A stretch of DNA of 60,828 nt, from NCBI GenBank assembly GCA_036514855.1, contig DATBWI010000084.1, positions 1 through 60,828 on the forward strand, in the 5' to 3' direction. The notes under the pieces were generated by a model, which ran no database searches, was not told the DNA's origin, and saw only the letters and a program-made list of their open reading frames with translations. The translations under genes were made by a program, and so were the position numbers. Source of the stretch: Candidatus Bathyarchaeia archaeon. GTDB taxonomy: Archaea; Thermoproteota; Bathyarchaeia; Bathyarchaeales; Bathycorpusculaceae. The stretch's first letter is position 1. Each line of letters starts with the position of its first letter. Shown here in pieces: positions 18,602 through 29,150 of this stretch.

Positions 18602-18731
18602 TGTTTCCAGTGTCTTCCTCTATGTTTACGCTGGTCTTCTTTTTCGGCACGTCTGTTATGTTTACCGTTGTACGTTTATAAGTTTGTTCTTCGCGCGCTA
18701 AGTAATTTGGTAGGCTCATGACGTTCTTCAT
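18504..18731 (-). CDS. hypothetical ORF, probably real only in its 5' two-thirds
   Basis: 75 aa. The N-terminal part has TTVNITD / TSVNIEED strand-like motifs. The tail GSSLLFRSTDQLESKRGNGQSHQRIH looks like out-of-frame translation. Confidence 0.3.
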   Translation of the reverse strand: MKNVMSLPNYLAREEQTYKRTTVNITDVPKKKTSVNIEEDTGNNGSSLLFRSTDQLESKRGNGQSHQRIHEKARR

Positions 18732-18813
18732 TCATTCGAAAATCTCTGCATAGGCTTTCAAAATGTGCGTCGTCGCGCGCTAAAGACCACCTGCACATGG
18801 CAAAGGTTATCCA

Positions 18814-19923
18814 TCATCGATGCTGGTATTTCTCGGCATCGAACTCCTTTGCGAGCTCCTCCATTAGCTTTCTCGCCTTAGGGGTTAGCTTCTCAGGAAC
18901 TCGGACATTTATGTGAACGAGTTCATCTCCACGGCCCTGGTTGCTTTTTATTCCTTCACCTTTCAGTCGAAGTATCGTGCTGCACTGTGTTCCAGGAGGC
19001 ACTTGGACTCTCCTCTCACTCGCTAGCGTCGGAACTTTTATCTCGGCCCCCAGAGTAGCTTGGGTGAAATTGATGTTAGCCTCGTATATGAGGTCCATCC
19101 CTCTCCTAGCTAAGTATGGGTGGGGCTTGATCCTTATAATCACGTAGAAGTCTCCTGAGGGACCACCGTAAGGACCATCTTCACCCTGTCCTCGAAGGAC
19201 TAAGTGGTCGCCATTGTCTATGCCAGGTGGCACCTTGACTTGGAGTCTAACCCTTATTTCTTCAAGCCCATTACCCCTGCATGCTCTGCAAGTCTTCTCA
19301 GCTATCTCTCCTCTGCCATTGCAGCGGTCGCAAGAAACGATCACCTGTCCAAATCCTGAGACAGCTTCATACTCGATTGTTCCCGTACCCTTGCACTTGG
19401 GGCAAGTAACCAAGTGACTACCGGGCTCGACCCCTGAGCCACTACATCTACTACATCTCTTTAGCCTAGGCAGAGTAACCTCCAACTCAGTGCCGAAAGC
19501 CGCCTGCTCCAACGTGATCTCCATCTGGGCCTCTAAGTCCCGACCGCGAGGGGTCTCGGGTTGATCCTGCTGAAAGGTGAAACCTCCGCCGAAGATTCGA
19601 TTTAAGAGATCCTCAGCATTAAAGCCGAACTCTGAAAAGACATCTTGGAATGTTCTACGGTTGAATATGTCCTCCTGCCTATATTGCCTCTTAATACCTT
19701 CGAAGCCCTGGGCATCATACTGCCGCCTCTTCTCGGGGTCAGAAAGAACGGCGTACGCCTCTGATACTTCCTTGAACCTCTCTTCAGCGTCAGGTCTTTT
19801 GTTCCTGTCAGGGTGATATTTGAAGGCGAGTTTGCGGAATGCGCGCTTGATCTCATCCTGGGACGCATCCTGATTGACTCCAAGTACATCGTAGTAGTCC
19901 AGTTTGCTAGCCAAGCTAAACAA
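18814..19923 (-). CDS. dnaJ: molecular chaperone DnaJ
   Basis: 369 aa. The J domain has KYHPDRN, followed by a G/F region and four CxxCxGxG zinc motifs. Confidence 0.95.
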   Translation of the reverse strand: MFSLASKLDYYDVLGVNQDASQDEIKRAFRKLAFKYHPDRNKRPDAEERFKEVSEAYAVLSDPEKRRQYDAQGFEGIKRQYRQEDIFNRRTFQDVFSEFGFNAEDLLNRIFGGGFTFQQDQPETPRGRDLEAQMEITLEQAAFGTELEVTLPRLKRCSRCSGSGVEPGSHLVTCPKCKGTGTIEYEAVSGFGQVIVSCDRCNGRGEIAEKTCRACRGNGLEEIRVRLQVKVPPGIDNGDHLVLRGQGEDGPYGGPSGDFYVIIRIKPHPYLARRGMDLIYEANINFTQATLGAEIKVPTLASERRVQVPPGTQCSTILRLKGEGIKSNQGRGDELVHINVRVPEKLTPKARKLMEELAKEFDAEKYQHR

Positions 19924-19963
19924 TCACCTGTACCTTTCAGAACACATGATAAGAGAAAAATCG

Positions 19964-21841
19964 TTATTTCTTATTATCGTCCACAACTTTGTATTCTGCT
20001 TCGACGGTTTTCTTTTCTTGCTGCTCTCCTTCAGGCGACGGAGCTTCTTGGCTTTGTTGTTTCTGGTTTCTTTGTGATGCCGCCTTTTGGTAGACTGTCG
20101 CGCCTGCCTCTTGAACCACCCTTTTCAGCTCATCCACCTTCGCGGTGATCTCAGCTAGGCCTCCGGTCTTTTGTGCATCTTTCAGCGCTTGAAGGGCTTC
20201 CTGTATCTTCGTCTTTTGCTCTTGGGTGAGCTTGTCTCCGATCTCGCTAAACGTCTTCTCGGTTGTGTAGATGAGGGAGTCGGCAGTGTTTCGCATCTCA
20301 GCCTCTTCTCTAGTGCGCTTGTCTTGTTCGGCGAATTGTTCCGCCTCTTTCACCATCCGATTCTTCTCTGTTTGGCTAAGCTTGGTTGAAGCTGCTATTT
20401 TGATTCCCATCTGTTTGTCCGTGCCCAAGTCCTTCGCTGAAACATTCAGAACACCGTCCGCGTTGATGTCGAATGTCACCTCGACCTGTGGGACGCCTCG
20501 AGGTGCAGGTGGAATGCCTGTGAGGTCAAATTGACCCAGACTGATGTTGTCCTTGGCCATGGTGCGTTCTCCTTGGAGTACGTGTATAGTGACGGCTGTT
20601 TGAGAATCGGCGGCCGTCGTGAAGATCTGGCTTTGCTTAACGGGTATTGTTGTGTTCCGTTCGATGACCTTGGTAAATACGTTTCCTAGAGTTTCTACCC
20701 CGAGAGAAAGAGGTGTTACGTCGAGAAGCACTATGTCTGAGATCTCCCCTGTAAGGACTGCTCCTTGGACAGCTGCGCCTATGGCAACGCATTCCATCGG
20801 GTCGATACCTCTCTCAGGCTTCTTGCCTATTACGTCCTCGATAAATTGTTGAACAAGCGGCATCTTCGTTTGTCCACCTATGAGGACTATCTTGTCGATT
20901 TGCACAGGGGTCAGCTTTGCGTCTGATAAGGTTTTCAGGATAGGCTCCCTAATACGCTCCACTATCGGTCTAGTCAGTTGCTCAAGTCTAGCTCTCGTCA
21001 AAATCGTGTGAAGATTCTTTGGACCTGTAGCGTCAGTGGCAATATAGGGAAGGTTTATTTCTGTGGTTATCAGGTTTGAAAGCTCTATCTTAGCTTGTTC
21101 GGCCGCTTCCTTCAAGCGAGCCATAGCTTTCATGTCTCCCCTGAGATCGATTCCAGTCTCGCGTTTGAACTCTGAGATGATGTAATCCATGACCGCTTGG
21201 TCCAGGTCCGTTCCACCTGTTTTTGTGTCTCCGCTGGTTGCTAGAACCTCGAAGACGCCTCCGCCGAAGTCCATCACTGTGGTGTCGTTTGTGCCGCCGC
21301 CGAAACTGAAAACCAGGATTTTCAGTTCCTGGCCAGTCTTGTCTAGACCATAAGCGAGTGCTGCTGCCGTTGGCTCGTTAACGATTCTTGTCACTTTAAG
21401 TCCTGCAATCTCGCCAGCATCTATCGTGGCCTGACGTTGATTATCATTGAAATGTGCTGGTACAGTTATTACTGCCTTGGTGATTTTCTCACCGAGATAG
21501 GTTTCAGAGTCACGCAGAATCTTCTGCAGAATAAAAGCCGAGATCTGTTGAGGCGAGTACTCCTTACTGAATATTTTGACTTTGTAGCTTGTCCCCATGT
21601 GGCGCTTGATTTCGCGTATGGTGCCCTCGGGGTTGGTAATTGCCTGTCTTCTTGCGGGCTCTCCAACAAGCAGTTGTCCGTCCTTACTAAAAGCGACAAC
21701 GGAGGGAAACATTTTTCCCGCCACTGTTGGTCCTTCGGCGCTCGGAATTATGGTTGGTTTTCCTCCTATTACAACGGCCGCGGCAGAATTCGTTGTGCCT
21801 AGGTCGATTCCCAATATTCTTTCCCTTTTTTCGCTACTCAT
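19964..21841 (-). CDS. dnaK: molecular chaperone DnaK (Hsp70)
   Basis: 625 aa with [17 protein letters not shown]-like FGGGTND and [10 protein letters not shown] motifs. Confidence 0.97.
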   Translation of the reverse strand: MSSEKRERILGIDLGTTNSAAAVVIGGKPTIIPSAEGPTVAGKMFPSVVAFSKDGQLLVGEPARRQAITNPEGTIREIKRHMGTSYKVKIFSKEYSPQQISAFILQKILRDSETYLGEKITKAVITVPAHFNDNQRQATIDAGEIAGLKVTRIVNEPTAAALAYGLDKTGQELKILVFSFGGGTNDTTVMDFGGGVFEVLATSGDTKTGGTDLDQAVMDYIISEFKRETGIDLRGDMKAMARLKEAAEQAKIELSNLITTEINLPYIATDATGPKNLHTILTRARLEQLTRPIVERIREPILKTLSDAKLTPVQIDKIVLIGGQTKMPLVQQFIEDVIGKKPERGIDPMECVAIGAAVQGAVLTGEISDIVLLDVTPLSLGVETLGNVFTKVIERNTTIPVKQSQIFTTAADSQTAVTIHVLQGERTMAKDNISLGQFDLTGIPPAPRGVPQVEVTFDINADGVLNVSAKDLGTDKQMGIKIAASTKLSQTEKNRMVKEAEQFAEQDKRTREEAEMRNTADSLIYTTEKTFSEIGDKLTQEQKTKIQEALQALKDAQKTGGLAEITAKVDELKRVVQEAGATVYQKAASQRNQKQQSQEAPSPEGEQQEKKTVEAEYKVVDDNKK

Positions 21842-22398
21842 TTTTCATTCACCTTTTGAACTTTGATCGGGGTCGGATTACATGCTACTTTTACCATGCT
21901 GGGTTTAAGCACTTTGCCGTTTAAGATGTAACCCTTTTTAACCTCCTCTATTACTGTCCCGTCAGGCTGGTTGTGTGTCTCAACTTCCAGCATAGCTTCA
22001 TGTACGCGAGGGTCGAAAGGTTTTCCGACGGCTTCTATGGTGCATACTCCCTCACAACTGAGCATTTTCCAGAGCTTTCTCTTCACCATCTCCACCCCTT
22101 CTAGGAGGCTGCCCTTCTCAGTTTTTCTCGCTTCTTCTAGAGCAAGATCAAGCTCTTCGGCAAGGGGTAGTAGTTGCAAGATGAGCTTCTCCTTTTCCAT
22201 GGTTACTCCTTGATCGATACGCCTTTGCATATGTTTCTGCAGGTTTTCAAGGTCAGCTTTGGCATATTTGAGTTGATTGAGGTAGGTCTCCTCCAGCTTG
22301 GTCTTTTCCTTGAGCGAAGCCTCGAGTTCTGTCACCTTTTTGGCGCAGTTGTCTTCTTCTTCGCCGTCGGCTTCCCTTTTATCAGGCTTAGGATACAT
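21838..22398 (-). CDS. grpE: nucleotide exchange factor GrpE
   Basis: 186 aa. It has a coiled-coil N-terminus, [18 protein letters not shown] and a beta C-terminus. It overlaps dnaK by 4 nt. Confidence 0.9.
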   Translation of the reverse strand: MYPKPDKREADGEEEDNCAKKVTELEASLKEKTKLEETYLNQLKYAKADLENLQKHMQRRIDQGVTMEKEKLILQLLPLAEELDLALEEARKTEKGSLLEGVEMVKRKLWKMLSCEGVCTIEAVGKPFDPRVHEAMLEVETHNQPDGTVIEEVKKGYILNGKVLKPSMVKVACNPTPIKVQKVNEK

Positions 22399-22681
22399 GT
22401 TTGGCCTCTTCGGACTCCGCCTTTGATATATTTCTGGTCTGCATGCTTAAAAAGTCTAGCGTGCTTCAAGTTCAAACGCCGGCGCGCAATCTAGAGTGAT
22501 TTTCGTGTCTCCACAGTTCACAAAATATCCGAAACAGGCAATCAATTTTAAGGATTTACCCAATAAGGGTCTTTGATAAAGAAAGACAACGATCCGGAAA
22601 TGTAGCGCTTATTCGTAATGTCAATACCAAGTAACGACCTGTCAGACTGCTATAGTTTTTCTTTGCCTTCTCACTTGCTAC

Positions 22682-22697
22682 GATAAAACTTTACCCC
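22682..22697 (+). repeat. 16-nt exact direct repeat, copy 2 (GATAAAACTTTACCCC)
   Basis: Identical to 17024-17039. It lies in the 529-nt non-coding spacer upstream of grpE. Confidence 0.6.
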
Positions 22698-22927
22698 CAA
22701 ACCCAAACTGATAAACAACGTAGGTATGAGGGTCACATATACATTGTTTTGAAGCTTATTCATTTGCCAGACCCGTATACCATTGCCTTGATTAACTCCC
22801 GTTTATGTTTGCAGAGTTCGTCCAATTCAAAACGTTTTCCGATTGAACTACGACCAAACTTGCGCGCGCCCTACACAATATTAAACTTATTCATGCCAGA
22901 GGCAAAAGACTCATCAAACATGCGAGT

Positions 22928-23410
22928 TTAGGCAACCGTGAAAAGGAGGTTCTTTACACACACATCGTTCACGATAACTCTTACGACATAAGAACCAGGC
23001 TGCAATTTACCTAGATTTAATGTTCCCAAACCTACAGGCATGGCAAGCTCTTTTTCCACACCAGTGAACAATCCATGATTCCCCATGTCGTCAACGTATG
23101 CTAGGAGGGTCACGGTGTTTGTCGCATTCACGAGCACAATCACGTCATCATTAGACGAAAAACTTTCGGTAGCGTTCTCAAATCCGCTCCAACCATCAGT
23201 GACCAGACCCATGTTAGAAAAATATTGCGCAAAAACTGTTTGATTAGCGGTAAGACCTGACGGAGGATTACGCGCGGTGCCTGGTCCCGTCTTCCAGTTT
23301 TGACCAGTGGGATTGGGGGATAAGTAATTTGGATACAAAAAGATCAAAGCAACTACAACAACGACTATGATCAAGATGGGAATCAATATTTTGGCTTTCA
23401 TCGCAACCAT
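22928..23410 (-). CDS. membrane-anchored secreted hypothetical protein
   Basis: 160 aa. An N-terminal signal anchor (ILIPILIIVVVVVALIFL) is followed by a beta-rich domain. Confidence 0.6.
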   Translation of the reverse strand: MVAMKAKILIPILIIVVVVVALIFLYPNYLSPNPTGQNWKTGPGTARNPPSGLTANQTVFAQYFSNMGLVTDGWSGFENATESFSSNDDVIVLVNATNTVTLLAYVDDMGNHGLFTGVEKELAMPVGLGTLNLGKLQPGSYVVRVIVNDVCVKNLLFTVA

Positions 23411-23517
23411 CCCCCACGTATCGAGTCTGCCTATATATTAACTTCCGCATAGTGCGCGTGGGGTTTTAGGATTAAAATTTATTAGCATTAATCGCACAAT
23501 TACAAACGTGAAGTTAA

Positions 23518-24024
23518 ATGGTTAAGGGAAATGAAGATATTATCCGACTTCTTTTTGCAATGATAAAGCAATCAAGGAGAAGCGACAGAGAACTTGCCAA
23601 GATTCTTGATATTTCACAACCAACTGTCACCCGGAAAAGGATGCAGCTTGAGAAAGAAGGCTACATACGGGAATACACGCTAGTTCCAGAGCTTGCCAAG
23701 ATTGGATATGATTTTCTAGCGGTCACCTTCATGTCGTTTGCCGAGGATAGACCTGAACTTTTTGAAAAAGCAAAAGAATGGACAAATAAACAGCCATCTA
23801 TTCTTTTTGCAGCTAATGGCGAAGGGCTTGGAATGGACAGCATAATGGTTTCAGTGCATACGAACTATGCTAGTTACTCCAGATTGGTTACACAGCTTAG
23901 AAGAGATTGGCAGCCAAACCTCAAAAACGTGCAAAGTTTCATAATAAGCCTGTCTCGACGTGAACTTTTCATAAAAGATTTCTCATTTCGATACCTTGAA
24001 GCAATTCCACTGGAACACAAGTAA
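23518..24024 (+). CDS. Lrp/AsnC-like HTH transcriptional regulator
   Basis: 168 aa. RSDRELAKILDISQPTVTRKRMQLEKEGYIREY is the Lrp-type HTH, followed by a RAM-like C-terminal domain. Confidence 0.7.
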   Translation: MVKGNEDIIRLLFAMIKQSRRSDRELAKILDISQPTVTRKRMQLEKEGYIREYTLVPELAKIGYDFLAVTFMSFAEDRPELFEKAKEWTNKQPSILFAANGEGLGMDSIMVSVHTNYASYSRLVTQLRRDWQPNLKNVQSFIISLSRRELFIKDFSFRYLEAIPLEHK

Positions 24025-24246
24025 TCGTTGCCTAACCCATCGTTTCTGCAAAAACGACAGTGAACTTGCCGAATAGGCGTGCAATAAGAGGACTCCACCC
24101 AGATTCTAGGATGAAACTTCCTCTTGTCTGTTGGGTATTCCTAAATGCAGGAAGAAACCGAATCTTGCTTCCACCGCGATTCTGTGAAGAGCAGTAAAGC
24201 TTTATTAGCGTAAGCCGGAAAAGCACAGTTCTGGCGTGAGAAACAG

Positions 24247-25137
24247 TTGGGTTTAAGGACTAATATTGATAAGCTGGTGAAGATTTCGGTTTTCGGCGAA
24301 ATCGCCAGTCCAGTTCTTGGAAATGTCTATGATATTTCGGCTCAGGGCACTCCAATGGTTCTGCCAGGCGTAGGCGGAATCACATATAACGTGAGAGTCG
24401 GCGATCCTGCGTGCGGATGGGAAGCTGATCATGTTGAGCCAGGCGTTAGCGTGGAGAACAAGGAGAGTGATCCGAGGCGTGGACAAGGCGCAAACACGGC
24501 TTTTAACGTGCTTTCCTGCGTTGGAAATGAAGCAGTTGTCGTAACAGGCGACGCGAAAGGCGCAAAGGGAGTTGTTACTGGAAAACATGGCGGAATAGAC
24601 CATATCATGGTGGATTTTCAACCCAAAACTCTCGAAAGACTAATGCTCGGCGACAAAATTCTCGTTAAAGCCTTTGGCGTTGGCTTCAGACTTCTCGATT
24701 TTCCAGACATCAAATTAATGAATGTTGATCCGCGGGTTGTTGAGGCTTTGGCGCCCAAGCGTAAACGTGACAAGTTGGAGGTTTTCGTCACGCATTTGGT
24801 TCCTGCAGCCATTATGGGTTCAGGTTTAGGGCAGAACCAAGCGTATTCTGGCGATTATGACATTCAACTCTTCGACGAAAAGGTCGGGGAGCAATATGGG
24901 CTTGACGATCTGAGGCTTGGCGATCTCGTAGCCATACTTGACGCAGACCACTCCTTTGGAAGGATATACAGGCAAGGCGCCATATCCATCGGCATAGTTG
25001 TGCACACCAATTGTGTTACTGCGGGTCATGGTCCAGGGGTTACAACGCTTTTCACATCCTCGAATGGAAAGATTATCCCGAAAATTGACGCCAAAGCAAA
25101 CATTGCGTCGATCCTAAAACTGAGAACAGATATATAA
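24247..25137 (+). CDS. DUF4438-like protein
   Basis: 296 aa with a TTG start. Length and overall pattern match my memory of the DUF4438 family; this is not verified. Confidence 0.5.
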   Translation: MGLRTNIDKLVKISVFGEIASPVLGNVYDISAQGTPMVLPGVGGITYNVRVGDPACGWEADHVEPGVSVENKESDPRRGQGANTAFNVLSCVGNEAVVVTGDAKGAKGVVTGKHGGIDHIMVDFQPKTLERLMLGDKILVKAFGVGFRLLDFPDIKLMNVDPRVVEALAPKRKRDKLEVFVTHLVPAAIMGSGLGQNQAYSGDYDIQLFDEKVGEQYGLDDLRLGDLVAILDADHSFGRIYRQGAISIGIVVHTNCVTAGHGPGVTTLFTSSNGKIIPKIDAKANIASILKLRTDI

Positions 25138-25182
25138 GGTAGAATAATCTATCTGTTGAATGAAGAATAAGAGGTAAATATA

Positions 25183-25470
25183 TTGCCATTTAAGCGAAAG
25201 AGCCGTGGAAGATCAAAGGGCAGCAAGGGCGCCAGTGGCACTGTTCAATGCGCCATGTGCGGTCAGGTCGTTCCGCGGGACAAGGCAAAAAAGGTTACGC
25301 GTCGCAGTTCCATCGTCGATTACCAGCTAGCTAAGGAGCTTCGCCAGAAAGGCACTTATTTGGCTTCGTGGGTTGACACGAAATACTATTGCGTTTCTTG
25401 TGCTGTGCACAGGGGCATTGTAAAGGTTAGAGCACGAGATGAAAGGCACACTCGCACAAGAAGATTCTAA
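25183..25470 (+). CDS. rps26e: 30S ribosomal protein S26e
   Basis: 95 aa: KRKSRGRSKGSKG..VQCAMCGQVVPRDKA...YYCVSCAVH. The start is a TTG after AGAGGTAA. Confidence 0.9.
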   Translation: MPFKRKSRGRSKGSKGASGTVQCAMCGQVVPRDKAKKVTRRSSIVDYQLAKELRQKGTYLASWVDTKYYCVSCAVHRGIVKVRARDERHTRTRRF

Positions 25471-25474
25471 GCGT

Positions 25475-26080
25475 TTAGCTAGTTTCCTTTTTCTTTAAAA
25501 CATTGTAAACGTGTACGCTTCTCTGAAGAACCGTTAGGTTTGAGAGCACTGCGGTTATTATTATGCCTATGTTCAGCGCTGGAAGCCAAAAGATTGCCGT
25601 TGTGGTTGCGATGGCAAGTATGATTATGCGTTCTGCTCTTTCAATTAAGCCTACAGATTCCATTTTTACGCCCGCTGCTTCTGCTCTGGCGCGGCTGTAG
25701 CTTACGAGCAAGGCGCCGATGATGGCTATTAGTCCCCATGCAGGGTCGCATAATCCGCCTAAGACTATGCCTGCATATACGGCGGCATCTGCATATCTAT
25801 CCAATAATGAGTCTAGGAAACCGCCGAACGCTGTGGCTTCATTTTGGAGTCTTGCAACTACTCCGTCTAGAACATCGCAGAATCCTGAGAGCAACAGCAG
25901 TATTGTCGCCAGTGCCAAAGAAAGCGGGTGCCATTGCCATTCAGCGTATGTTAGAGCTGAGAAGAAAGCAAAGATTATGCCGATGACGCTTATTCTGTTA
26001 GGTGTCAGGCCTGCTTTGTGTGCTGCTTTTGCTTCTGTCGTGAGCATTTGCTGAATCTTGGCTTTTAACTTCGTAAGCAT
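25475..26080 (-). CDS. CDP-alcohol phosphatidyltransferase family protein
   Basis: 201 aa and polytopic. The exact motif D-x2-DG-x2-AR-x8-G-x3-D-x3-D is present (DVLDGVVARLQNEATAFGGFLDSLLD). Confidence 0.85.
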   Translation of the reverse strand: MLTKLKAKIQQMLTTEAKAAHKAGLTPNRISVIGIIFAFFSALTYAEWQWHPLSLALATILLLLSGFCDVLDGVVARLQNEATAFGGFLDSLLDRYADAAVYAGIVLGGLCDPAWGLIAIIGALLVSYSRARAEAAGVKMESVGLIERAERIIILAIATTTAIFWLPALNIGIIITAVLSNLTVLQRSVHVYNVLKKKETS

Positions 26081-26383
26081 GTTTGGTTTCTCTACTTTTT
26101 GTGTTAGCAGTTCTTATTTAAGCTGAACACGTAAAACCTGTTCGCAACTGGAGTGTGCATTGGTGGTGCTAGTTTTAGAGGTCATGCCAAGAAAGAAAGG
26201 GAAAAAAGAGATTATGGCAGCCAGAAAGTTATCATTGCACCTATCCGATTGCCGTTTCGTTTTACGGTGAAATTTGCCGCATTTTGCGGGATAGTCACGA
26301 AACCAGTAGCGTTAGGTGTTATCGGTTGGCCTATGTTGTCAGTACTGTCAGGTTCAAGATAAATTGAAGAGTTATGGTAGCGA

Positions 26384-27259
26384 TTAAGGCGGTAAAAACG
26401 GTTCAGAAGAACCGAAGCTGAACCGTATAAGGTTTGATTCGCCACTTTCCATGTTTACGATGGTATACTGTTTTTCAGAATCATACGTTGCAGATACAAG
26501 ATATTCTCCTGGCTCTAGTATGAACACTAAATGCTCATAAGGATGAGTTATCGTCATGCCATCATAAGATTCCATTCCAGTAACCGTTACCGAAGCTTGC
26601 ACCGGCGTTGAACCGTTAATCCCCCCTGCAATATATATATCCTCACCAGGCGATGCATGTAAAATATTGTAGTAAGTTTCAGGGGGCGTGTACCATGCTT
26701 CAACTGATAATATATAGAAGGTTGGAAAAGGGGAAGAACCGAAATTAAACACCACGCTAGCCCAGCCCTGAACATCTACGGTTGCATTTTGTTGAGCAGA
26801 GCCGTATGTTCCAGACACATAGTACTCTCCTGGCGATAATGGGAAGATTAGAGGATTTTGCAGATCAGTAGTCGATTCTCCCCATCCTCCTATGATGAAC
26901 GAATTTTTCAGCTCAGCAGTCGTTGTGCCAGTGTAATTATTCGTATCAGGAAGGGGTCCAGTAACTGTTACTGAAGCTTGCACAAAACTTCCTGTGTGAT
27001 TGCCATCCGGCTGTATAGTTCCCGAATATGCGAAAACCAGCAAATAACCTAAATTAGGTCCTGGATGGATGGGCGGTAATAGAGGACTGGGTATCTGATC
27101 TGGTGAGGCAAAAAATACCTGTTTTACCTTCTCAGGTTTAGACTCATAATTAACATTAAATCCGTAGTTGATAGAATAAACCATGCTAACGCCTAACATC
27201 ACAACAAGCACCGAAAACAACACCACTTTCTTAAACGTCAATCTCAACTTGTTCACCAC
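26384..27259 (-). CDS. secreted/anchored protein with two internal beta-sandwich-like repeats
   Basis: 291 aa with an N-terminal TM helix. The internal duplication is QASVTVTGP...PGEYYVSGTYGS...VVFNFGSS versus QASVTVTGM...PGEYLVSATYDS...IRFSFGSS. Confidence 0.65.
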   Translation of the reverse strand: MVNKLRLTFKKVVLFSVLVVMLGVSMVYSINYGFNVNYESKPEKVKQVFFASPDQIPSPLLPPIHPGPNLGYLLVFAYSGTIQPDGNHTGSFVQASVTVTGPLPDTNNYTGTTTAELKNSFIIGGWGESTTDLQNPLIFPLSPGEYYVSGTYGSAQQNATVDVQGWASVVFNFGSSPFPTFYILSVEAWYTPPETYYNILHASPGEDIYIAGGINGSTPVQASVTVTGMESYDGMTITHPYEHLVFILEPGEYLVSATYDSEKQYTIVNMESGESNLIRFSFGSSEPFLPP

Positions 27260-27326
27260 ACTGATATATTAGTGGTAGAGCTAGTAAAATCTAATTGTTG
27301 AACAGTCTTGTTCTACTTCTTGAACG

Positions 27327-27761
27327 TTAACGAATCAGCCTTAAAAAAAGCACAGTGTCAACCAAGCTTGTGGTAAACCCAATTGCTGAAAGGATTATAC
27401 CTACCTCTCTCATGCCCGAGGGGAGCAAGAAAGCGGAAGCCAGAGCAATAGTTGCATATAATATCATATAGAAGAAGCTTCTGGGCAGCAGCCATGCTCC
27501 AGTCTTATAAAAAAAGTGAAGAACCCCAAACTTTCTGGCAATGACATGATATACGCCATTTACATCCTTCCGTACAAGATTTAACCCATCCAACTTCTCC
27601 AGATGATGAAGCGCCAACGAAGGACTAGACAGACTGCAGCCACGATAAACATCCCTCACAGAACCTTCGCCATTTCTAAGCAGGAAAACGTAAACTCTAA
27701 AGGTGACATGCTCGCCTCCAACTCTCTCCTCCAAAACATTCTCAGAAGTTTCATCAACCAC
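27327..27761 (-). CDS. membrane-tethered winged-helix protein
   Basis: 144 aa. A wHTH-like N-terminus (VRDVYRGCSLSSPSLALHHLEKLDGLNLV) is followed by two C-terminal TM helices. Confidence 0.55.
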   Translation of the reverse strand: MVDETSENVLEERVGGEHVTFRVYVFLLRNGEGSVRDVYRGCSLSSPSLALHHLEKLDGLNLVRKDVNGVYHVIARKFGVLHFFYKTGAWLLPRSFFYMILYATIALASAFLLPSGMREVGIILSAIGFTTSLVDTVLFLRLIR

Positions 27762-27930
27762 GACGGAACACGACCAAACACGATTTAGCGCTCAACTTAT
27801 TAAAAACCTTTCACATCCCAAGTTTCAATATGACTTCAATTCAACAGAATCTTCTCAAACCTATGGAAATGCTATGCAGGCAATTCTTATTTAAGCTGGA
27901 TATGAAAGATACGTTTAGTGAGGTGTTTGA

Positions 27931-28227
27931 ATGATTCAAGTAACGTCCTTGAAAGTTGATGGCAAGAATTGCTTGGGTTTGCGCGTGGATTTGCCGGAAT
28001 GTCCAGCACCGTTGCTCTTAGTTGTTGCGGAGAAAGGTTTTGTCATGTGTGGTTTCCTTAACGTCGAAGCTGCTGAAAAGCTGAATGCTGCGGCTGCAGT
28101 TGTCACTGGCGTGAAAGTGTTTGATGACGTGCTTAATGCTCAGGTTAAAGCTGTTACTTCAAAAGCCAAAAGTTTAGGAGTGGAAGTGGGGATGAAGGGA
28201 GCAGAAGCGCTAAAACGTATGTTCTGA
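27931..28227 (+). CDS. DUF1805 (YunC-like) protein
   Basis: 98 aa. PLLLVVAEKGFVMCGFLNVEAAEKLNAAAAVVTGV is the family core. GAGGTG lies 5 nt upstream. Confidence 0.75.
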   Translation: MIQVTSLKVDGKNCLGLRVDLPECPAPLLLVVAEKGFVMCGFLNVEAAEKLNAAAAVVTGVKVFDDVLNAQVKAVTSKAKSLGVEVGMKGAEALKRMF

Positions 28228-28359
28228 ATATCCTTATCTCCTTGTCACGTGCTAGTCATATACGGAAGCAGAATCAAAAATTGACTCCTCTGGTGACTTT
28301 CTTGTATCAAAAAGTTTTTAAACTCTGATTGATCCAATATTTGTTGAGGGAGGGGTTGT

Positions 28360-29133
28360 ATGAAGAATTTGATCAAACTGAGAATAGTTCTCATTTCGTT
28401 TTTAGTCATGTTTGGAGTGGTTTTGTTGGCTGCAGCTATCTCTAATAACAGTGGCTTGGAAGCTGGTCCGGCTGCAGAGCCAAATCCTTCTAATCCAGCA
28501 GTATTAGATCCGCTTAACATGTTTAGCGTGAATGTAATATATGTAGATTATCACAGGAATGATGTCAACTACAGGCTTGTGAGGTTAATGAGTGTTCGGC
28601 ATGTGTGGGTCGGTGGCGCATATTATGATTTGGCAGTGGATATGCGCAAATACTTGTACACTGGCCCACGCATAAGCGAGATCAGTGACATCGGCGGTTA
28701 CGTCAAAATATCTTTCAAATACAAGATTGGCAGCGTTTTCATGAATTGTCTTTGGACATTCAGCGGCGGAAAAATAACACCACAGGTGACTTTTTATGGC
28801 GGTTCTTCATGGAAAACTCTGATATTCGTTGATGCAGATGTCTGGGACAACACAAATTACGCATTCCTACCATCCACGGGCGAAACTATTAACTATGAAC
28901 GGAAGATAACTGGAACAATCAATGTTGATGTCAAAGAACCAGGCCATAGTCAATATGCTCGAATTAGTCCACGCAGCCAAGAAAACCCGGCAATGTGGAT
29001 ACTTAAGTATGGCTACTTTGGTAATAACCCTGACACAGCATTGAACAATGAATACATATATAACCAAAACATAATAATCTATTATCAAGGGACATCAAGC
29101 AGCACTGCGCCATCGATATGGAACACGCCCTGA
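28360..29133 (+). CDS. secreted hypothetical protein
   Basis: 257 aa with an N-terminal signal/anchor (LISFLVMFGVVLLAAAI), Y/N-rich, no recognised domain. GGGAGGGG SD. Confidence 0.6.
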   Translation: MKNLIKLRIVLISFLVMFGVVLLAAAISNNSGLEAGPAAEPNPSNPAVLDPLNMFSVNVIYVDYHRNDVNYRLVRLMSVRHVWVGGAYYDLAVDMRKYLYTGPRISEISDIGGYVKISFKYKIGSVFMNCLWTFSGGKITPQVTFYGGSSWKTLIFVDADVWDNTNYAFLPSTGETINYERKITGTINVDVKEPGHSQYARISPRSQENPAMWILKYGYFGNNPDTALNNEYIYNQNIIIYYQGTSSSTAPSIWNTP

Positions 29134-29150
29134 AAGAAGGTTTTGGGATT

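Noticed and set aside
22399-22927. 529-nt spacer upstream of grpE, inspected for an ncRNA (SRP/RNase P) or heat-shock operator
   Set aside because: I found no conserved helices or motifs I can recognise by eye. Only the 16-mer repeat copy is notable. This needs covariance-model scanning.
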